Source: a virus. From it: a stretch of DNA of 64,000 bases. Below the pieces are notes generated by a model. That model was not told where the DNA came from, searched no databases, and saw only the letters and a program-made list of their open reading frames with translations. The position numbers and the translations under genes are program-made. Shown one piece after another: positions 39,437 through 50,112 of the stretch. Positions within the stretch are counted from its first letter, which is position 1, and each line of letters starts with the position of its first letter. The DNA is taken from positions 101,634 to 165,633 of the IMG/VR virus record IMGVR_UViG_3300043823_000198, one strand, 5' to 3'.

Positions 39437-40117
39437 ATGCAGGTGAAGTTGATTAGTTATAGCAAACCTTCGGAAGAAATGTATCAAGAAGGTTTAGTAG
39501 ATGTTCAGGAGTTGATTGCTTTCTGTGCACGTGTAAGCAACCCAAGCAATCAGTTTAACACAGAAACATCAGAGAAGTTAATTAAGTATCTAATCAACAA
39601 TAAGCACTGGTCACCTCTAGAGATGGTCAGTGCTTGTATTGAAATTGAAACTACTCGTGATATCGCAAGACAAATTTTGCGTCATCGTTCTTTCTCGTTC
39701 CAAGAATTCTCTCAGCGATATGCTGATCCAACTAAAGACTTATCTTTCATTCTTAGAGAAGCCCGACTCCAAGACAAGAAAAATCGTCAAAATAGTATTG
39801 AGATGAATCTCCAAGACGACGATCAACGTAGAGTTGCATATCAATGGGAACAAATGCAACAAAGAGTTATCGATGCCGCAAAAAACGCATACACATGGGC
39901 GATTGACCATGGTATTGCCAAAGAACAAGCAAGGTCAGTTCTACCAGAAGGTTTAACTGTTTCTCGTTTGTATATGAACGGAACTCTTCGAAGCTGGATT
40001 CATTTCATTGAACTCCGTTCTGCCAATGGGACTCAAAAAGAACACCAAGAAGTAGCAAAAGCATGCGCAAAGGTAATTGCTGAGATCTTTCCTCTAGCAA
40101 AACAATTAACAAAATAA
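39437..40117 (+). CDS. thyX: flavin-dependent thymidylate synthase
   Basis: HWSPLE, RHRSFSFQEFSQRY, AKEQAR..LP. Confidence 0.95.
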   Translation: MQVKLISYSKPSEEMYQEGLVDVQELIAFCARVSNPSNQFNTETSEKLIKYLINNKHWSPLEMVSACIEIETTRDIARQILRHRSFSFQEFSQRYADPTKDLSFILREARLQDKKNRQNSIEMNLQDDDQRRVAYQWEQMQQRVIDAAKNAYTWAIDHGIAKEQARSVLPEGLTVSRLYMNGTLRSWIHFIELRSANGTQKEHQEVAKACAKVIAEIFPLAKQLTK

Positions 40118-40133
40118 TAATAAAAGGATAAAT

Positions 40134-41933
40134 ATGAACGACATTGTGCATGGTATAAAAGTTGATTATAGTCGTGACGGATTATTCGATGAGTTGGGTA
40201 AGTTAAGATTAAAAGAAAGTTATATGAAGGATGAAGAGACAAGTCCTCAAGAGCGATTTGCGTTTGTCTCAAAACAATTTGGAAGCAATCCTGAACATGC
40301 GCAAAGATTATATGAATATTCAAGTAAGCATTGGCTCTCTTATTCTACTCCCATTCTTTCTTTTGGTAGGAGTAAGCGTGGTATGCCTATATCATGTTTC
40401 CTTAATTATATTGAAGACACTGCGGAGGGTTTAGTTGATAATCTTTCAGAAACTAATTGGCTATCTATGCTTGGCGGTGGCGTGGGTATTGGCTTTGGTA
40501 TACGGTCTGCTGATGACAAGTCTACTGGCGTTATGCCTCACCTTAAAATGTATGATGCTAGCTCTTTGGCGTATCGTCAGGGGCGCACGAGACGTGGTAG
40601 TTATGCTGCTTATCTTGATATCTCTCATCCTGATATTATTAATTTCTTAGAGATGCGCAAGCCAACTGGCGATCAGAACATGCGTACTCTCAACATGCAT
40701 CATGGTATTAATATTCCCGATGCGTTTATGGAGATCATTGAGAGATCTATGATCGATGACCAATCTGATGATTCATGGCAACTTATTGATCCTGCATCAA
40801 AAGAAGTTCGTGAAACTGTATCAGCAAGAGAATTGTGGCAACGTATTTTAGAAATGCGTATGCAAACTGGTGAGCCATACCTACATTTTATTGACGAATC
40901 AAATCGTAAACTACCACAATGGTTGAAGGACAAAGGACTAAAGGTTCATCAGTCAAACCTTTGTTCAGAAATCATTCTACCAACTAACGAGAAGCGAACA
41001 GCTGTTTGTTGTTTGTCTTCACTAAATCTGGAATACTATGATGAATGGAAAGATGATGTTCTATTTCTCCGTGATGTTGCTGAAATGCTCGACAATGTAC
41101 TTGAGTATTTTATACTTCATGCGCCTTCCACCATTAAGCGTGCAAGGTATTCTGCCTCACGTGAGCGCAGCATTGGCATCGGTGCTCTGGGCTGGCATGC
41201 TTATCTACAACGAAATTCAATTCCATGGGAATCCCCAATGGCAGTCGGAAGAAACAAACAAATCTTCGCTCATATCAGAGGAAAATTAGACGATGCGAAT
41301 AAAGAACTTGGACTGGAGCGTGGTGAGGCTCCTGATGCGGTTGGTACTGGAAATCGGTTTAGTCATCTTATGGCTATCGCTCCCAATGCTTCTTCTTCCA
41401 TTCTTATGGGCAATACCTCTCCTTCTATTGAACCTTATCGTGCCAATGCGTATCGCCAAGACACTCTATCAGGCTCGCATTTAAATAAGAATCGCTATCT
41501 TGATAAGTTGATTAAGCAGGAGGCTGAGAATCATAAGGAAGGTTGGTATGAAGACACTTGGAGTTCAATTATTGCGAACGATGGTTCAGTTCAGCACTTG
41601 GATTGGATGGGAGACTGGGCAAAGGATTGCTTCAAAACATCTATGGAAATTGACCAGCGTTGGGTCGTCCAACATGCCGCAGACAGGCAGGTATATATAG
41701 ACCAAGCGCAGTCGCTTAATGTGTTCTTCCGACCAGATAGTCATATCAAGTATATTCATGCGGTTCACTTCCAAGCATGGAAACAAGGATTGAAGACAAT
41801 GTACTATTGCCGTTCAGATAAGATTGCCAAGGCAGATAAAGTTGCCAAACGTATTGAGCGTGAGGTTATTAAAGAAATTGATTTAACAGCATTAACAGGT
41901 GACGCTGATACTTGCCTTGCGTGCGAAGGATAA
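40134..41933 (+). CDS. nrdA: class I ribonucleotide reductase alpha subunit (short, no N-terminal ATP cone evident)
   Basis: ISCF, QSNLCSEI, AIAPNASSS, KTMYYCR, CLACEG. Confidence 0.95.
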   Translation: MNDIVHGIKVDYSRDGLFDELGKLRLKESYMKDEETSPQERFAFVSKQFGSNPEHAQRLYEYSSKHWLSYSTPILSFGRSKRGMPISCFLNYIEDTAEGLVDNLSETNWLSMLGGGVGIGFGIRSADDKSTGVMPHLKMYDASSLAYRQGRTRRGSYAAYLDISHPDIINFLEMRKPTGDQNMRTLNMHHGINIPDAFMEIIERSMIDDQSDDSWQLIDPASKEVRETVSARELWQRILEMRMQTGEPYLHFIDESNRKLPQWLKDKGLKVHQSNLCSEIILPTNEKRTAVCCLSSLNLEYYDEWKDDVLFLRDVAEMLDNVLEYFILHAPSTIKRARYSASRERSIGIGALGWHAYLQRNSIPWESPMAVGRNKQIFAHIRGKLDDANKELGLERGEAPDAVGTGNRFSHLMAIAPNASSSILMGNTSPSIEPYRANAYRQDTLSGSHLNKNRYLDKLIKQEAENHKEGWYEDTWSSIIANDGSVQHLDWMGDWAKDCFKTSMEIDQRWVVQHAADRQVYIDQAQSLNVFFRPDSHIKYIHAVHFQAWKQGLKTMYYCRSDKIAKADKVAKRIEREVIKEIDLTALTGDADTCLACEG

Positions 41934-41934
41934 T

Positions 41935-43449
41935 ATGAAAGTTGTTATTGTTGGTGGAGGGGTTGCTGGATGGTATATAGCGCATTCTTTACAGAACCAC
42001 ACCAACTGTGACATAACAATAATTGATACTGACAGGATTAAGAAACTTCCTGTTGGAGAGACTTTAGATTTAGATGCACCCAATAATTTTAGAAATCTAC
42101 TACGACTAGGAAACGAGTACGAGTGGATGAAAGAGATTGGCGCTATTTATAAATTTGGTTCATTATATAACAATATGTTTGAACAAGACCCATACTCTAT
42201 GGTACATTGGGACTCATGGAATACAAATGGTTCTGGTCAAACAGGCGAGTTTAGTTCAAATAACATGTTAAATGTTATGGTATATCTGATAAAAACAGGT
42301 AAACTTTCTCATGATCAGGTTATAAATTCTATGAACGCTGGTTCTTATTTTGTTAGAAGTAATGTTTCTCCTTTCGTCAACGGTAAGTTAGAAGGTCTTC
42401 GCCACTACAGTTACAATTTGGATTCAGATAAATTTGCAGAATTCCTTAAAAAACGACCAAGAACAAAAATATCCCACATAAACAAATTTATTAAAGATGT
42501 CACATTTACAGATGGAAATGTTGATAAAATTGTTTTTGAAGACGATACAATATTAACTTCTGATCTATTTATCGACGCAAGTGGATTTTCAAGGGTTATC
42601 GCTAAAAGACATCCTCTTTTCAAATTTAATACTCTTGAACATTCTTACAACAACACTGCTGTTGTTGTTCCGACAAAATATAAAGATCCAGAATTTGAGA
42701 TGAGGCCAAACGTAACCTTTAATGGTTATGAAAATGGATGGGGGTTTAAAATAAATCTTTACCATAGGATAGGTAATGGAATATTATTTAATGATTCAGT
42801 TGTTGATGTTGAAGATGCTAGAAAAGAATTTTTATCTAAGATAGATGAAACTACATTATTGGGAGATCCAAAGACAATAAAATGGGAATCTGGATTTTAT
42901 GAAACTCCGCTCATCAATAACCTTATGGTAATGGGACAGGCTGCTGGATTTATCGAACCATGGAATTCTAATTTGATTAGTAGACTTAGTGGTGAAATTT
43001 ATGGACTGTTTGGGTTTATAAAAGAAAACAAACGTGAAGAATATAATTCTTTATTTAGAGATAGAATTAAACAGATAACCGAAATAATGACCAGTGAATT
43101 TACAACAAATAAATTTTCTTCTAAGTATTGGAATTGGTTTAAGTCTGGCAAATCCTCTAAAATAATATATGAAAATTTGAATTTTCAAAAATATAGTAAT
43201 CTTAAATTTCTTCCCTTTGTAGCTCCATATTATAGGATGTTAATTAGTAGAAAATTATCTCTTGATTGTTTAGATTTACCTATACCAAACTCAGATCAGA
43301 TACAAAAAACTATTAACTATCTAGAGATGAATACTAAAATGTTTGATGTGTTAAAAGATAAACAAACGCAGCCATATTATCTTTGGTTAAAGGAAAATGT
43401 ATATAATGGTATTACTTCTGAAGATTACTTAATGCAAGAAAATGGTTAA
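41935..43449 (+). CDS. tryptophan-halogenase-like enzyme (copy 2, divergent)
   Basis: GGGVAG, PVGET, AIYKFG, IDASGF, GWGFKINL, FIEPWNS. Confidence 0.8.
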   Translation: MKVVIVGGGVAGWYIAHSLQNHTNCDITIIDTDRIKKLPVGETLDLDAPNNFRNLLRLGNEYEWMKEIGAIYKFGSLYNNMFEQDPYSMVHWDSWNTNGSGQTGEFSSNNMLNVMVYLIKTGKLSHDQVINSMNAGSYFVRSNVSPFVNGKLEGLRHYSYNLDSDKFAEFLKKRPRTKISHINKFIKDVTFTDGNVDKIVFEDDTILTSDLFIDASGFSRVIAKRHPLFKFNTLEHSYNNTAVVVPTKYKDPEFEMRPNVTFNGYENGWGFKINLYHRIGNGILFNDSVVDVEDARKEFLSKIDETTLLGDPKTIKWESGFYETPLINNLMVMGQAAGFIEPWNSNLISRLSGEIYGLFGFIKENKREEYNSLFRDRIKQITEIMTSEFTTNKFSSKYWNWFKSGKSSKIIYENLNFQKYSNLKFLPFVAPYYRMLISRKLSLDCLDLPIPNSDQIQKTINYLEMNTKMFDVLKDKQTQPYYLWLKENVYNGITSEDYLMQENG

Positions 43450-44047
43450 AACAACAGTAATTGATAATTTCTTTGACGATCCATACTCCATAAGGAACTA
43501 TGCTCTATCGTTAAAATACCCAAACAAAGGAATATATCCTGGAAAAAGAACTCTTCATTTAAAACAGGTAAACGAAAATTTCTACAATGAGATGGTGCGT
43601 AAAATTATGTCTTCTGTTTTTCAAGATTACTCTAAAATAGAATTTGATATGGATTTAAAATTCCAACTCGGTCAGGGTAGATACAAGGAAGGTTGGGCGC
43701 ATGCGGATGGTAAATACGCAGACATGTCTGGTATAGTTTATCTAAGTCCTGATGCTCCATTAAACTCTGGGACTATTATGTGCGATCCTGTTAATCCTGA
43801 AGACTGGAATAGGCAGGAGCATATTTTAAAAACTATACCAATAAGAAATAAACTTTATCTAGATGAGATAGATAATGCTGATGATAAGAGAATTGAACAT
43901 AACAGTCAATTTGTAACAAACATAGAAGTATCTAATATATTTAATAGAGCGTTCATATTTAATAGTCACAAATTTCACAGGGAGAATGTTGTTTTTGAAG
44001 ATAGATTAATAATGATATTCTCAACAAAATTATTTTTTAAGGTTTGA
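43442..44047 (+). CDS. DUF6445-like 2OG-Fe(II) oxygenase
   Basis: VIDNFFDDP, YPGKRT, HAD, GIVYLSPDAP..SGT, FNR..FH..R. Confidence 0.7.
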   Translation: MVKTTVIDNFFDDPYSIRNYALSLKYPNKGIYPGKRTLHLKQVNENFYNEMVRKIMSSVFQDYSKIEFDMDLKFQLGQGRYKEGWAHADGKYADMSGIVYLSPDAPLNSGTIMCDPVNPEDWNRQEHILKTIPIRNKLYLDEIDNADDKRIEHNSQFVTNIEVSNIFNRAFIFNSHKFHRENVVFEDRLIMIFSTKLFFKV

Positions 44048-44048
44048 A

Positions 44049-45041
44049 ATGATAACTAAATCTAAACATAAATTAACTGACGAACGAACTTATTTTAAGC
44101 CGTTCAATTACCCATGGGCATATGAAGCGTGGCTTAAACATGAACAGGCGCATTGGTTACACTCTGAAGTGCCGATGGCTGAAGATGTTAAAGATTGGAA
44201 AAAGAAATTAACTGCTGAAGAAAAGCAGTTTCTGACGAACATTTTTAGATTCTTCACGCAAGGCGATATTGATGTTGCTGGTGGATATGTTAAGAATTAT
44301 CTTCCATATTTCCCACAGCCTGAAATTCGTATGATGTTATCAGGATTTGCTGCTCGAGAAGCGCTACATATCGCAGCATATAGTCACTTAATCGAAACGC
44401 TTGGTATGCCTGAGACAACTTATAATGAGTTCTTGGAATATCAGGAAATGAAGGATAAACACGAATATGTTGTCGAACAAAGTTCGAAAAATGGTACTAT
44501 TGAATCAACTGCGCAACACATCGCCATCTTCTCTGCTTTTACAGAAGGTATGCAGTTGTTCAGTAGTTTTATTATGCTTCTTAATTTTCCTCGTCATGGT
44601 TTGATGAAGGGGATGGGTCAGATTGTCACTTGGTCAATTGTTGATGAAACAATGCATGCTGAGAATATGATCAAGTTGTTCAAAGAATTCATTAAAGAAA
44701 ATAACGAAATCTGGAACGATGAGTTGAAGAGTAAAATTTATACCATTGCCGAAAAGATGGTAGAGCTAGAAGATAAGTTCATTGACCTTTGTTATGAAAA
44801 TGGTGATATGAGAGAACTTTCTGCTTCTGATGTAAAGCAGTACATTCGCTATATCGCAGACCGTCGCCTAATCTCATTAGGCATGAAGGGTATTTTCAAA
44901 GTTAAAAAGAATCCACTACCATGGGTCGAGGAGATGATTAATGCGCCAGTACATGGCAACTTCTTTGAGAATCGTGTTACAGATTATGCTAAAGGTGCGT
45001 TAACTGGTTCGTGGAACGATGTATGGGGGAAAGCAGCGTAA
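44049..45041 (+). CDS. nrdB: ribonucleotide reductase beta subunit
   Basis: FFTQGDIDV, REALHIAAY, EGMQLFSSF, DETMH. Confidence 0.95.
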   Translation: MITKSKHKLTDERTYFKPFNYPWAYEAWLKHEQAHWLHSEVPMAEDVKDWKKKLTAEEKQFLTNIFRFFTQGDIDVAGGYVKNYLPYFPQPEIRMMLSGFAAREALHIAAYSHLIETLGMPETTYNEFLEYQEMKDKHEYVVEQSSKNGTIESTAQHIAIFSAFTEGMQLFSSFIMLLNFPRHGLMKGMGQIVTWSIVDETMHAENMIKLFKEFIKENNEIWNDELKSKIYTIAEKMVELEDKFIDLCYENGDMRELSASDVKQYIRYIADRRLISLGMKGIFKVKKNPLPWVEEMINAPVHGNFFENRVTDYAKGALTGSWNDVWGKAA

Positions 45042-45190
45042 TGACTACAAAACATTTTGAGTGCGAAGAATGTGGCGCTCATGGTAAAATTATTGTAAAA
45101 GGTGAAGATCACAAATTAGAAGATATAGTCTATTGTCCAATCTGTTCAGCAGACATTTATGAAGAGGAAGACTTTGATGAAGAACAGTGA
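45041..45190 (+). CDS. 49-aa zinc-ribbon protein (not in ORF track)
   Basis: CEECG...YCPICS, acidic tail; coupled to nrdB stop. Confidence 0.7.
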   Translation: MTTKHFECEECGAHGKIIVKGEDHKLEDIVYCPICSADIYEEEDFDEEQ

Positions 45191-45219
45191 AGGTTGGGAT
45201 GGTTAATAAATAGTCCACT

Positions 45220-45645
45220 ATGTGGATATTTAATAATCTGATCGTTGAAGAACTTCCCGAAGACTGTGTTGGCTTTGTTTATTTAATTACGAACAAAGCC
45301 ACCAGTCGTATGTATATTGGTAAGAAGTTGGCCAAGTTCAGCAAGACTACCTACAAGACTGTTAAACTTAAGAACGGAACTAAAAAGAAAAAGAAAATAC
45401 GTGGAAAAATTGATTCTGATTGGCGAGATTACTATGGTTCAAGCATAGAACTAAATAAAGATATAGAGTCTCTGGGTAAAGAAAACTTTACTCGTGAGAT
45501 TCTTTTTTATTGTAAATCAAAAGCTGAATGTTCATATATTGAAGCGAGAGAACAGTTTTCTAGAAAGGTGTTAGAATCAGATCAATACTATAACGGACAG
45601 ATATCTGTTAGAGTCCATGGTTCTCATATTAAAGGTAAATTATGA
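45220..45645 (+). CDS. GIY-YIG endonuclease (endonuclease II/DenA-like)
   Basis: GFVYLITN..YIGKK, YYGSS, YYNGQI; position after nrdB as for T4 denA. Confidence 0.75.
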   Translation: MWIFNNLIVEELPEDCVGFVYLITNKATSRMYIGKKLAKFSKTTYKTVKLKNGTKKKKKIRGKIDSDWRDYYGSSIELNKDIESLGKENFTREILFYCKSKAECSYIEAREQFSRKVLESDQYYNGQISVRVHGSHIKGKL

Positions 45646-46751
45646 CATATCTATTATTTGCTTCAGCATTAGGCTTATCTGCCTGTGCTGCATATTATTC
45701 TGTTATGGGATTGGTTGCCATATTCGCAGCATCCGTAGTTCCAATCTTTATCATGGGTACTTTACTTGAAGCATCCAAATTAGTAGTAGCATCCTGGATT
45801 TATCGTAACTGGAAAGACATTCCTCTTATGATGAAATCTTATTTCACAATCGCATTAGTGATTTTAATGATGTTGACTTCAATGGGTATTTTTGGCTATC
45901 TATCCAAGGCACACTTGGACCAAAATATTCCTAGTGGCGATGTAGCGGCAAAACTTGCATTAATTGATGAGAAAATTAAAACCGAAAAGGAAAACATCAA
46001 TGCCAGTCGTAAAGAAATTACTCAACTTGATCAACAAGTGGATCAAACCATCGGCAGAACCACAGACGATAAAGGAGCTGAGCGAGCCATCGCCATCCGA
46101 AAAGGGCAGCAAAAAGATCGTCAAAGAATCCTCAAAGAAATCTCCGATTCGCAAACTAAACTCGCAGGTTACAACGAAGAGCGTGCTCCAATCGCGAGCG
46201 AAGTCAGAAAAGTCGAAGCAGAAGTTGGACCGATCAAGTACATAGCAGCACTAATATATGGCGATAACCCAGAGAGCGATGTTTTAGAAAAAGCAGTTCG
46301 CTGGGTTATCATTATGATTGTTTCAGTATTTGACCCACTTGCCGTTCTATTATTGATTGCCGCAAACTGGCAACAAAAACGTGATAGTGAAGATGATTCT
46401 TTTAAGGACAAACCAAATATAATTGATGAGGGTATTCTTCCAGAAGTCGAAGAAACGCCAAAAATAATTAGTATGTCAGTTGGTGATGTGGTTATTGTTG
46501 GAGAAGAAACTGATATAAAAACATCTTATGAAGACAAACCAGTCGAAGAAACTGCAACAGAAGAAGATTTAGATATTAAAGTTGATGAATCCAAAGACTG
46601 GGAAGCATCTCTTTATGACAGAATTGATAATAGAACAGAAGAAATTTCTTCAAATAAAGCAAAAAGTTTCTTATCTAAAGCAAAAGATGTATTTACAACT
46701 GGTATAAAAACTATTGAAACTGAAGTCGAAGAAATCCAAAAGAATAAATAA
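45642..46751 (+). CDS. multi-TM coiled-coil membrane protein with acidic tail
   Basis: TSMGIFGYLSKAH, EVGPIKYIA, FDPLAVLLLIA. Confidence 0.7.
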   Translation: MTYLLFASALGLSACAAYYSVMGLVAIFAASVVPIFIMGTLLEASKLVVASWIYRNWKDIPLMMKSYFTIALVILMMLTSMGIFGYLSKAHLDQNIPSGDVAAKLALIDEKIKTEKENINASRKEITQLDQQVDQTIGRTTDDKGAERAIAIRKGQQKDRQRILKEISDSQTKLAGYNEERAPIASEVRKVEAEVGPIKYIAALIYGDNPESDVLEKAVRWVIIMIVSVFDPLAVLLLIAANWQQKRDSEDDSFKDKPNIIDEGILPEVEETPKIISMSVGDVVIVGEETDIKTSYEDKPVEETATEEDLDIKVDESKDWEASLYDRIDNRTEEISSNKAKSFLSKAKDVFTTGIKTIETEVEEIQKNK

Positions 46752-46768
46752 AATAAAAAGGATTCAAA

Positions 46769-47293
46769 ATGGCAGAAGTAAAACCTCTATCTCGTTCAGA
46801 GAGAGAAGCGAAAATCAAAGATAAAGCTGGCTGGGCAATTACTGTCCTTGCAGCTGCATTGGCAATCAATACATACTTCGGGAATGCCAATTCGAGTAAA
46901 ATTCTAAATAATACAATTGCAATAAACGACGTATGGTCATTTTATCAGGCCAAGTCAATAAAACAAAGTATTACTGAGATGGCTATCGATCAAACTAAAG
47001 ATCCAGAAAGAAAAAAACAGCTACAGGCTAAAGTTGAGCGATATGAAACCGATCCTATTAGTGGTGAAGGTAAAAAAGAATTATCAGCTAAAGCCAAAAA
47101 GTTAGATTCAGAAAGAATAGAAGCCAAGAAGAATTCTCCTTGGTATACATTCGCTGGTTCTACATTACAAATTTCAATCGTTTTATTATCAGCATCAATT
47201 TTGTCCGTAAGCATGGGTATGTTTTGGGCAAGCATTGGTGTTGGTGCTGTTGGAATTTTGTTAATGCTACAAGCAATGATGGCAATTATATAA
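46769..47293 (+). CDS. DUF4337-like membrane protein
   Basis: WSFYQAKSIKQ, LQISIVLLSASIL. Confidence 0.65.
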   Translation: MAEVKPLSRSEREAKIKDKAGWAITVLAAALAINTYFGNANSSKILNNTIAINDVWSFYQAKSIKQSITEMAIDQTKDPERKKQLQAKVERYETDPISGEGKKELSAKAKKLDSERIEAKKNSPWYTFAGSTLQISIVLLSASILSVSMGMFWASIGVGAVGILLMLQAMMAII

Positions 47294-47388
47294 TTCGAAA
47301 ACATCGAATTGAGCAGTTAGTTTTGTATTCTATATCATAATCCTATAACAATAATAACTGGAGGGGTGGTCAAAAGCTGCCTTAAGAA

Positions 47389-47916
47389 ATGATTAGATTA
47401 AATCAAATCGCTGCTGTGGCAGCATTAGCATTTGTGTGCGTAAATGTATCGGCACAAACAGACCCAATCGTAACTCAAAGCACTAGCACTAGTACAGCTA
47501 CGAATAATGGTTCGACAACAACCAAGGTAATCTCACCACCACCAACAGCAGTTGCACCAACCATCACAACTATCAATAATGATGTTTGTGCCACAGCTGC
47601 ATCAGGTGCAGTTCAAACACAAATTCTTGGTATCTCCATGGGTGGTACAACAAGAGATATGAATTGTGAGCGTATTAAACTTTCTAAGAACCTATACGAC
47701 ATGGGTATGAAAGTTGCTGCGGTTGCTACTCTATGCCAAGACGATAGAGTATTTAAAGCAATGCTCGATGCTGGAACACCATGCCCAATACAAGGTAAGA
47801 TTGGTGAACAAGCAAAAGAACTTTGGACTGCCAAAGGACGTATTAAAGAAGAAGATATCGTTCAGTTACCAGAAAAGAAAAAAGAAGAACCAGTTAGAGA
47901 GTCTGGCGAGAAGTAA
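47389..47916 (+). CDS. secreted Cys-containing conserved phage protein
   Basis: signal peptide; PPPTAVAP, DMNCERIK, LCQDDRV..AGTPCP. Confidence 0.7.
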   Translation: MIRLNQIAAVAALAFVCVNVSAQTDPIVTQSTSTSTATNNGSTTTKVISPPPTAVAPTITTINNDVCATAASGAVQTQILGISMGGTTRDMNCERIKLSKNLYDMGMKVAAVATLCQDDRVFKAMLDAGTPCPIQGKIGEQAKELWTAKGRIKEEDIVQLPEKKKEEPVRESGEK

Positions 47917-50111
47917 TGAAACTCTTAGCAGTTATCTTTTCTGCTATTTTAGTTGCTGGTTTAGGTAAATGCAGCAACGTACATGCGCAGACTGGAGTTT
48001 CTCCTAACCTAGTCGCTGTTCCTTATAGTTCTCCGACCAATGTTATCAACTATACTGGAACAGGTGGTGGGGTTTCAGGAGGAGCAACTCCTGGTCTGAA
48101 CACATCTAGTAATGTTCTCTATTTTGGCTATACCCAGCAGACAGTGGCATACGCATACGCTTTTAATCAAGCACTTCAAAACAGCGGTATGACTATTACT
48201 GGGTATAATTACTCATGGGATTATTTGAATCAAGGGTATAGCGCAGGTACTTTATCTGCCAATTTAAATTTCTCTGGAACAAATGGAACTTCTCTTTACA
48301 GTAAGAGTTGGTCCTTGGGAACTACTACTAATTGGACAACTGTAAGTGGAACTGATACATTACCAAATAATGGATTGCTGGCTTCAAGCATAGCAAATTT
48401 CTCTTTATCTTTTACTGGTAAAGATAATCGTTATTGGGCAGGTTATTATGGTCCACAAGTTAGAAACCCCTCTTTATCTTTGAACTACACATTTGATGTA
48501 TGTTCAACAAATCCATTATCAAGTCCAAATTGCCCAGGATATGCTGCTGCATATCTTACGCAACAGTGTAACGCAAATCCTTTATATAATTCTAGTTGTC
48601 CAGGATATGCTGCTGCTTTATATACTCAACAATGTAATGCGAACCCTCTTTCTGATCCTGGATGCCCAGGATATGCTGCTGCATATCTAACATATCAGTG
48701 TTCAGTTAACCCACTTTACTCAACTACTTGTTCAGGATATGCCACAGCCTACCACAATCAACAATGCGCAGCGAATCCATTATATGCTACTGATTGCTCA
48801 GGATATCAACAAGCGTATCTTGCACAACAATGCTCTGCTAATCAACTTTATTCAACAAGTTGTCCAGGTTATGCTGTTACCTACCACAATCAACAGTGTG
48901 CCGCCAATCAACTCTACGCAACAGACTGTCCAGGATACCAACAAGCGTATCTAGGGCAACAGTGTAGTTTGAATCAGTTGTATAGTACATCATGTCCAGG
49001 ATATCAAGCAGCATATACTCAACAACAATGTTCAACAAATCCTTTATACAGTACAACTTGTACGGGATATGCGCAGGCATATTTTAATCAACAATGCTCA
49101 GCAAACCCTTTATATAATTCTAGTTGTCCAGGATATGGTCAAGCATACTTTAATCAACAATGCTCCATCAATCCATTGTATAATGTTAACTGTACTGGGT
49201 ATACCCAAGCATATCACATGCAACAGTGTACAGCCAATCCACTATATGCAAGCGATTGTCCAGGATACCAACAAGCATACTTTAATCAACAATGTTCATT
49301 AAATGGATTGTATAGCACACAGTGTCCAAACTATGCCACTGCTTATGCCACACAACAAGCGTTACAACAATCAACAGCAACTACTAAAAGCAGTACCGCA
49401 ACTACTACAAACACAACTACAGCTGCTCCTGTTGTAGTTGCTGCGGCAACAACTACGGCAACTTCTACTGGTACCACATCATCGGTTCCTGTTGCTGTTG
49501 TTTCAAATCCAGTTGTTAACACCATTGTAACATCAACGTCAACTGCCACTAACTCAGCTACTGCTCCAGCTGCAGCAGTTTCATTAACACCATCGGCAGC
49601 AAGTACCACAACAACAGCCACTGTTCAATCAACAGCAACAACTGATAGTTCTTCAAGCTCAAGTAGTTCAACTACAAGTTCTTCTAGCAGTTCTTCTTCA
49701 AGCTCAAGTAGTTCTACGTCATCTAGTTCTTCTGCTTCTACGCCAATGCCGACAACTTCTGGGGTTCAAAGTGCGCCTCCAGCAAAATCAGCTCGTCAAG
49801 AAATTCAAGAGAAGCGTGAAGCAGCTGCAAAAGAAAAAGCAGTAGAAGAAGGTAAGAAAGCTGACGCAAGCAAAGCTGCAAACTTCGAACAGCAGTTGAA
49901 GGTTCAGAATGTTGTTATCCAGGCAATGGGTTTCACACCTGGATTCCAAACATATAATTTTATAATGCCAGACGGTATTGGTTATAGATCATACAGCGTC
50001 TATAACAATCAAACCAACGTTGATAATAAACGACTAGGATGGGGTCTGTACGGACCATCTGATAAATTACATAATGAACTAGTAGAATCACAATATAACA
50101 GAGGAAATTAA
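47916..50111 (+). CDS. large secreted protein with 13 Cys-rich 22-aa repeats and Ser/Thr-rich stalk
   Basis: signal peptide; CxxNPLYxxxCPGYxxAYxxQQ repeats. Confidence 0.75.
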   Translation: MKLLAVIFSAILVAGLGKCSNVHAQTGVSPNLVAVPYSSPTNVINYTGTGGGVSGGATPGLNTSSNVLYFGYTQQTVAYAYAFNQALQNSGMTITGYNYSWDYLNQGYSAGTLSANLNFSGTNGTSLYSKSWSLGTTTNWTTVSGTDTLPNNGLLASSIANFSLSFTGKDNRYWAGYYGPQVRNPSLSLNYTFDVCSTNPLSSPNCPGYAAAYLTQQCNANPLYNSSCPGYAAALYTQQCNANPLSDPGCPGYAAAYLTYQCSVNPLYSTTCSGYATAYHNQQCAANPLYATDCSGYQQAYLAQQCSANQLYSTSCPGYAVTYHNQQCAANQLYATDCPGYQQAYLGQQCSLNQLYSTSCPGYQAAYTQQQCSTNPLYSTTCTGYAQAYFNQQCSANPLYNSSCPGYGQAYFNQQCSINPLYNVNCTGYTQAYHMQQCTANPLYASDCPGYQQAYFNQQCSLNGLYSTQCPNYATAYATQQALQQSTATTKSSTATTTNTTTAAPVVVAAATTTATSTGTTSSVPVAVVSNPVVNTIVTSTSTATNSATAPAAAVSLTPSAASTTTTATVQSTATTDSSSSSSSSTTSSSSSSSSSSSSSTSSSSSASTPMPTTSGVQSAPPAKSARQEIQEKREAAAKEKAVEEGKKADASKAANFEQQLKVQNVVIQAMGFTPGFQTYNFIMPDGIGYRSYSVYNNQTNVDNKRLGWGLYGPSDKLHNELVESQYNRGN
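48501..49358 (+). repeat. 66-bp coding tandem repeat x13
   Basis: 22-aa period counted in translation. Confidence 0.9.
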
Positions 50112-50112
50112 A

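Noticed and set aside
15989-45041. Introns or inteins in gp43, gp41, uvsX, nrdA, nrdB
   Set aside because: Lengths and motif spacing are normal with no insertions
48501-49358. 66-bp periodic repeats as CRISPR or DGR
   Set aside because: In-frame coding repeats with synonymous variation; no reverse transcriptase or adenine-specific pattern
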